Source: Eubacteriales bacterium | GTDB lineage: Bacteria; Bacillota; Clostridia; Oscillospirales; CAG-272 | Length of the DNA stretch: 39,813 bases | NCBI GenBank assembly: GCA_045578005.1 | Contig: JAZNJK010000092.1 | Location: forward strand, 1 to 39,813 | Direction: 5' to 3' | Shown here: in pieces, positions 36,133 through 39,813 of the stretch | Numbering within the stretch: position 1 is the first letter of the stretch | Layout: every line of letters begins with the position of its first letter | Position numbers and translations under genes: made by a program | Notes under the pieces: generated by a model | What the model saw: only the letters and a program-made list of their open reading frames with translations | Told to the model about the DNA's origin: nothing | Database searches by the model: none

Positions 36133-37782
36133 TTGAAGGGTGAAATTGAAAAACCTCAAAGAAGTATAAAGAATTTATTTTTTTCAGGAGTATTAGTCCT
36201 TGCAATTGCAAATTTTCTTGTAAAAGCGGTTGGACTTATTTCCAAAATTGCACTCAACAGGGTAGTTGGTAGTGTTGGGGCAGGATATTACAGTTCTGCA
36301 TATGAAATATACGCATATTTGTATGTTTTATCAACATCGGGACTACCGGTTGCGCTTTCAATAATGATTTCTAAAAGTCGCTCTAAGGGGCGACTTTTAG
36401 AAGCCAAAAAAACACTAAATATCGCATTGACACTCTTTTTAATAATAGGACTAACATTTTCTCTTATTATGATAGTGTTTTCGCGTCAACTTGCAAATTT
36501 TATCGGCGCGCCTGAAACATTTTTATGTATAATTGCTATTGCGCCAACTATGCTATTTATATGCCTTAGCAGTTGTATGAGAGGATATTTGCAGGGGTAT
36601 CAGTTGATGACGCCAACGGCTGTTTCTCAATTTATAGAGGCTATTTGTAAGGTGGGAATAGGCGTTAGTTTAGCAGTTTGGGCGCGGTCAAGAGGAGATG
36701 CGGATTATGTCGTTGCTTCATGGACAATTTTAGGTGTTACTTGCGGTGTGTTTTTTGGAATGATATTTTTATATATTCGTAAGGCTTTCTTTAAAGAAAG
36801 TTTGTATATTCCGCGAGATGTGATGATATCAGAAGAAACAAAAAACGCCAAGTTACTACTCAAAGAAATGCTTTTAATTGCAATTCCTATAACGCTTAGT
36901 TCGTCGGTGCTTTCGTTAACAACCGTGCTTGATACTTTGATGGTGCAAAACAGACTTTTGGAGTTTGGAATGAACGAGGTTGGAGTAAGGATATATTATG
37001 GAGATTATACATCACTTGTTATATCAATGTTTACATTGCCGACCATACTTTTATATCCTATTGCTAATGCAATAGTTCCCATTATAACGACGGCGAGAGA
37101 ACGAGGAAACAAGGAATACGAGGGAAGACTGCGAACGCTTAGCATAAAGACGATAGCGCTAATTTCAATTCCTTGTGCCGTTGGATTGAGCGTGTTTTCA
37201 AAGCCGATATTAGAACTTTTGATGTTTAAAACCGATTCCGTAGAAAGAGCATATCCGTGGCTTTCGATAGCCTCGATTTCGGTTATATTTCTTGGAATAA
37301 TTTCTATAACGAATGCTTTTTTGAATTCGGCTGGACAACAAAGATTGCCGATAGTATCAATGCTTGCAGGGGCTATCGTAAAACTCGTATCAAATTATAT
37401 TTTACTTGCTCGTTTAGGAATTTTAGGCGCACCTATAAGCACTGTGCTATGCTATTTTGTTGCATCGGGATTGAATTTGTTTTTTGTTATAAAGAAAGTG
37501 GGACACTTGCCTAAAATAGGGATTGTGTTTTTCTCGCCGTTTTTGTGTTCGTTTGCGTCTATATGCGCTTGCGCTGTGATTCAAAGATTATTATCTCAAA
37601 TTATTATGTCAAGAATAGCGACGATAATAGCGATAATTATGGCGGTTTTGAGTTATTTAATTCTTATTTTGCGAACAAGAACACTTTCGGTTGAAGAAAT
37701 TGGTGTATTCCCAAACGCAGAAAAGTTGATAAAAATGCTAACGAAACTCAAAATTTTGCCTAAAAATAGTGAAAATATATAA
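36133..37782 (+). CDS. MOP-superfamily polysaccharide/lipid II flippase-like protein (SpoVB/YabM/MurJ-like)
   Basis: TTG start with AAGGGGA 5 nt upstream. About 14 TM helices. N-terminus FSGVLVLAIANFLVKAVGLISKIALNRVVGSVGAGYYSSAYEIY is typical of the family. It lies upstream of hup-yabO-yabP-yabQ. Confidence 0.75.
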   Translation: MKGEIEKPQRSIKNLFFSGVLVLAIANFLVKAVGLISKIALNRVVGSVGAGYYSSAYEIYAYLYVLSTSGLPVALSIMISKSRSKGRLLEAKKTLNIALTLFLIIGLTFSLIMIVFSRQLANFIGAPETFLCIIAIAPTMLFICLSSCMRGYLQGYQLMTPTAVSQFIEAICKVGIGVSLAVWARSRGDADYVVASWTILGVTCGVFFGMIFLYIRKAFFKESLYIPRDVMISEETKNAKLLLKEMLLIAIPITLSSSVLSLTTVLDTLMVQNRLLEFGMNEVGVRIYYGDYTSLVISMFTLPTILLYPIANAIVPIITTARERGNKEYEGRLRTLSIKTIALISIPCAVGLSVFSKPILELLMFKTDSVERAYPWLSIASISVIFLGIISITNAFLNSAGQQRLPIVSMLAGAIVKLVSNYILLARLGILGAPISTVLCYFVASGLNLFFVIKKVGHLPKIGIVFFSPFLCSFASICACAVIQRLLSQIIMSRIATIIAIIMAVLSYLILILRTRTLSVEEIGVFPNAEKLIKMLTKLKILPKNSENI

Positions 37783-37831
37783 AAATCAACGAAAAAAATG
37801 GATTTTTTTGTAAAAAATTTGCAATAAGCAC

Positions 37832-37860
37832 TTGATTTCAAAGGATTTAGATGATATAAT
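37832..37860 (+). promoter_or_regulatory. Sigma-A type promoter of hup
   Basis: TTGATT (37832-37837), 17-nt spacer, TATAAT (37855-37860) preceded by TGa. Confidence 0.6.
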
Positions 37861-37912
37861 TAAGTTACAAAAGTCCGATAAGGATTAAAAAAAGTTATAG
37901 GAGAAAGAAACA

Positions 37913-38188
37913 ATGAACAAGACAGATCTTATCGAAGTAGTAGCAAAAGAGGTTGACCTCAAGAAGAAGGATGCTGAAGCAGCAGTAGCAGCAGTTATCG
38001 CAGCATTTGAAAATGCGCTTGTAGCAGGAGAGAAAATTCAACTTGTTGGATTCGGCACATTTGAGGTTAAAGCAGTAGCCGCTAAGGAAGGAATCAATCC
38101 TAAGACCGGTGAAAAGATTCAAATCCCAGCAAAGAAGGCAGTTAAATTCTCTGCAGGTAAGGCTCTTAAGGATAAAGTTAACGCTTAA
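37913..38188 (+). CDS. hup: DNA-binding protein HU
   Basis: 91 aa. MNKTDLIEVVA..., GFGTFEV, NPKTGEKIQIPAKK. Confidence 0.95.
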   Translation: MNKTDLIEVVAKEVDLKKKDAEAAVAAVIAAFENALVAGEKIQLVGFGTFEVKAVAAKEGINPKTGEKIQIPAKKAVKFSAGKALKDKVNA

Positions 38189-38198
38189 CTTAAAATAT

Positions 38199-38226
38199 AA
38201 ATCCTGCGGAAACGCAGGATTTATTA
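38199..38226 (+). terminator. Terminator after hup
   Basis: AAATCCTGCG-gaaa-CGCAGGATTT (GNRA-type loop) followed by a T-rich run. Confidence 0.85.
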
Positions 38227-38244
38227 TTTGCTTTTTGGTGAATT

Positions 38245-38490
38245 ATGAGAATAGATAAATTTTTAAAAGTTTCAAGAATAATCAAGCGACGCACTATTGC
38301 CAACGAGGCTTGCGATGCGTCACATATCACAGTAAATGGTAAAGTTGTTAAGGCGTCATATGACGTTAAGGAAGGCGACATTATAGAAGTTGCCTTTGGA
38401 CAAAGAAAATTGAAGGTTCGTGTCCTCGATGTAAAGGACGTTGTTAGAAAAAATGACGCTTCCGCGCTATATGAAGTAATACCCGAGTAA
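38245..38490 (+). CDS. yabO: S4-domain RNA-binding protein (YabO/Hsp15-like)
   Basis: 81 aa. MRIDKFLKVSRIIKRRTIA...VNGKVVKASYDVKEGDIIEV. It sits upstream of yabP-yabQ, as in Bacillus. Confidence 0.85.
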   Translation: MRIDKFLKVSRIIKRRTIANEACDASHITVNGKVVKASYDVKEGDIIEVAFGQRKLKVRVLDVKDVVRKNDASALYEVIPE

Positions 38491-38507
38491 TAAACTCGGG
38501 TATTTTT
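38478..38507 (+). terminator. Hairpin overlapping the yabO stop (terminator or attenuator before yabP)
   Basis: AATACCCGAG-taataaa-CTCGGGTATT followed by TTT. Confidence 0.6.
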
Positions 38508-38549
38508 ACATATCATAATACAGTAGCAAAACAAGTAGGAGGACTGATT

Positions 38550-38831
38550 ATGAATATGGGCGAGGAACAGTTTGTCAAGCACGACATAGTGATAAAATCG
38601 AGAAGACGCACCGAAATGACAGGAATTAGCGATGTCACAAGTTTTGACGATGGCACGATAATTGCGCAAAGTGATAAATTTGGGATTTCAATAGAGGGTG
38701 AAAATTTAAAAATTGAAAAATTCAATGCAGAAAGCGGAGAATTTGTTCTTAACGGGAAAATTAACGGTATTTTTTATTTTGCCAATACAAATCAAAAAAA
38801 GAAAAAGTCGATAGTAGATATTTTTAAGTGA
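38550..38831 (+). CDS. yabP: Sporulation protein YabP
   Basis: 93 aa. GISDVTSFDDGTIIAQSDKFGISIEGENLKIEKF. SD AGGAGG. Confidence 0.88.
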   Translation: MNMGEEQFVKHDIVIKSRRRTEMTGISDVTSFDDGTIIAQSDKFGISIEGENLKIEKFNAESGEFVLNGKINGIFYFANTNQKKKKSIVDIFK

Positions 38832-38832
38832 T

Positions 38833-39411
38833 ATGGAAATTTCAATTATATCTCAGTTACTAATGGTTGTAGAATCTGTATTTTTGGGCATCTTTTTAGG
38901 TTTGATTTATGATGGAGTGATTTTTCTTAGGATACTATTCGGTATAATTCCAAGTAGTAAGTTAACGCTAAAACTAAAAGAAAAACGCTTTTTGCGTGTG
39001 TCAAATCCGTATGAAGGGGTTACTCGAGGAAAAAAGACACAATCCGTAATATTCTTTTTTACCGACTTGTTATATTTTGTAATCGTATCGCTAATAATGG
39101 CAATTTTTATTTATTATGTAAACGATGGAATAGTTAGATGGTTTATTTTTGCGGGATTAATTTTAGGAATGATTGTTTATAGGTTTACAGTTGGCAAAAT
39201 TATTGGGCTTTTTTTAGAGCATTTTGCGTTTTATTTGAGGATATTGTTCAAATATGGTAAATTTTTCATCTGTAAATTATTTATTCCAATTTTGAAAAAA
39301 ATTGTGAAAATAAAATTAATATTTGAAAAAATACCTAAGAGGAAGAAAAAGAAAAATATTGAAGAAAGAAAAAGTAGTGTTTTATTTGTTGTTGGAAAGA
39401 TTGAAAAATAA
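38833..39411 (+). CDS. yabQ: Spore cortex biosynthesis protein YabQ
   Basis: 192 aa membrane protein immediately after yabP. N-terminus ISQLLMVVESVFLGIFLGLIYD. Basic C-terminal tail. Confidence 0.8.
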   Translation: MEISIISQLLMVVESVFLGIFLGLIYDGVIFLRILFGIIPSSKLTLKLKEKRFLRVSNPYEGVTRGKKTQSVIFFFTDLLYFVIVSLIMAIFIYYVNDGIVRWFIFAGLILGMIVYRFTVGKIIGLFLEHFAFYLRILFKYGKFFICKLFIPILKKIVKIKLIFEKIPKRKKKKNIEERKSSVLFVVGKIEK

Positions 39412-39412
39412 C

Positions 39413-39449
39413 AAAATCACCGTTTTCGTTTTTTGAAAACGGTGATTTT
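39413..39449. terminator. Bidirectional terminator between yabQ and the convergent DUF1540 gene
   Basis: Perfect 15-bp stem AAAATCACCGTTTTC-gtttttt-GAAAACGGTGATTTT. Confidence 0.85.
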
Positions 39450-39459
39450 GGTTAGAGAA

Positions 39460-39654
39460 TTATTTAATATTGCACTTACCTGTAGAACAACTGTCAAGCA
39501 CGAAAGATTCGCAGTCTACACATTTGGATTGTGTTGGATTGCATTCGTGTGTTCCAATCGAAATTGTGTCAAGAACACAGTAATTTGATGATTTTGCGTG
39601 GTGTGCACAGGATTTTACAGTGCAATGAATACAGTGATTAATTTTGTTTTCCAT
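39460..39654 (-). CDS. DUF1540-like small cysteine-rich protein
   Basis: ATG at 39654 with GGGAG 6 nt upstream. 64 aa. CIHCTVKSCAHHAKSSNYCVLDTISIG and a second Cys-rich half. Confidence 0.7.
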   Translation of the reverse strand: MENKINHCIHCTVKSCAHHAKSSNYCVLDTISIGTHECNPTQSKCVDCESFVLDSCSTGKCNIK

Positions 39655-39745
39655 AACTAACTCCCAAAAAATAATTGAAATCAAGAGATTTCATAATTAT
39701 AGTTTCCTAAATGCTTAAAATAATTCAAAAATATAAAAATAAGTA

Positions 39746-39774
39746 TTGACAATTATTATTACGCGTGATATAAT
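39746..39774 (+). promoter_or_regulatory. Perfect consensus sigma-A promoter driving the tRNA gene
   Basis: TTGACA (39746-39751), exactly 17 nt, TATAAT (39769-39774) preceded by TGa. The tRNA 5' end lies about 12 nt downstream. Confidence 0.75.
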
Positions 39775-39786
39775 ATCAAGCGGTAT

Positions 39787-39813
39787 CTGGGTATAGCGCA
39801 GATGGTAGCGCGC
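39787..39813 (+). tRNA. 5' part of a tRNA gene (probably tRNA-Pro), truncated by the window edge
   Basis: CTGGGTA (acceptor arm), TA, then D-arm GCGC-AGATGGTA-GCGC. C1 plus TAGCGCAG..TGGTAGCGC is what I remember from bacterial tRNA-Pro. Only 27 nt are visible and there is no anticodon. Confidence 0.55.

Noticed and set aside
38190-38669. 159-aa minus-strand ORF spanning the hup terminator, all of yabO and the start of yabP.
   Set aside because: It crosses a terminator hairpin and two intergenic regions. It lies opposite genes with clear homolog signatures (S4 domain, YabP). The sequence is Cys/Ser/Phe-rich and motif-free.
1-39813. Scan for CRISPR arrays, IS elements or transposases, integrases, prophage genes, toxin-antitoxin pairs and known defence-system components.
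   Set aside because: I found none. There are no spaced direct repeats, no transposase/integrase-like ORFs and no obvious compositional island. All intergenic gaps are under about 260 nt.

Overview
AT-rich chromosomal segment (by eye mid-30s % GC, not computed) from a spore-forming Firmicute. It looks Clostridia-like: yabP/yabQ, a SpoVB/YabM-like flippase, DUF1540, a split MetH and AdhE. I support about 39 protein genes. One of them (adhE) is cut by the left edge, and the first 27 nt of a tRNA (probably Pro) lie at the right edge behind a perfect consensus promoter. Most of the content is housekeeping. It includes adhE, a tightly coupled metF / MetH-reactivation-domain / metH / ABM operon, rarA, a minimal site-2 protease, potA-potB-potCD and a TtcA-like PP-loop ATPase. 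It also includes rpmB and a long co-directional string cdaA / cdaR-like / FAD protein / recJ / relA / dtd / hemZ / kinase / flippase, followed by hup, yabO, yabP, yabQ and a DUF1540 gene. A more accessory-looking stretch (about 12.7-24.7 kb) holds a signal-less amidase, a Met-rich helical protein, an SDR and a PH-domain membrane protein coupled to a GHL6-like TIM-barrel protein. The same stretch holds a lipoprotein, a VTC-like tunnel protein plus DUF4956 membrane protein pair, a DUF2974 hydrolase-like protein, an atypical AraC regulator, a TIM-barrel isomerase-like protein and a MutS domain-V-only paralog. I found no CRISPR array, rRNA, transposase, integrase, phage genes or recognisable defence system, so I cannot point to a clear-cut novel system. 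The candidates most worth a second look are: (1) the VTC-like/DUF4956 two-gene unit; (2) the PotC-PotD fusion whose binding domain is tethered by TM helices at both ends; (3) the orphan MutS-like ATPase; (4) the apparent single transcription unit joining c-di-AMP and (p)ppGpp synthetases. All family assignments come from motif recognition and remembered homologs, not from searches.
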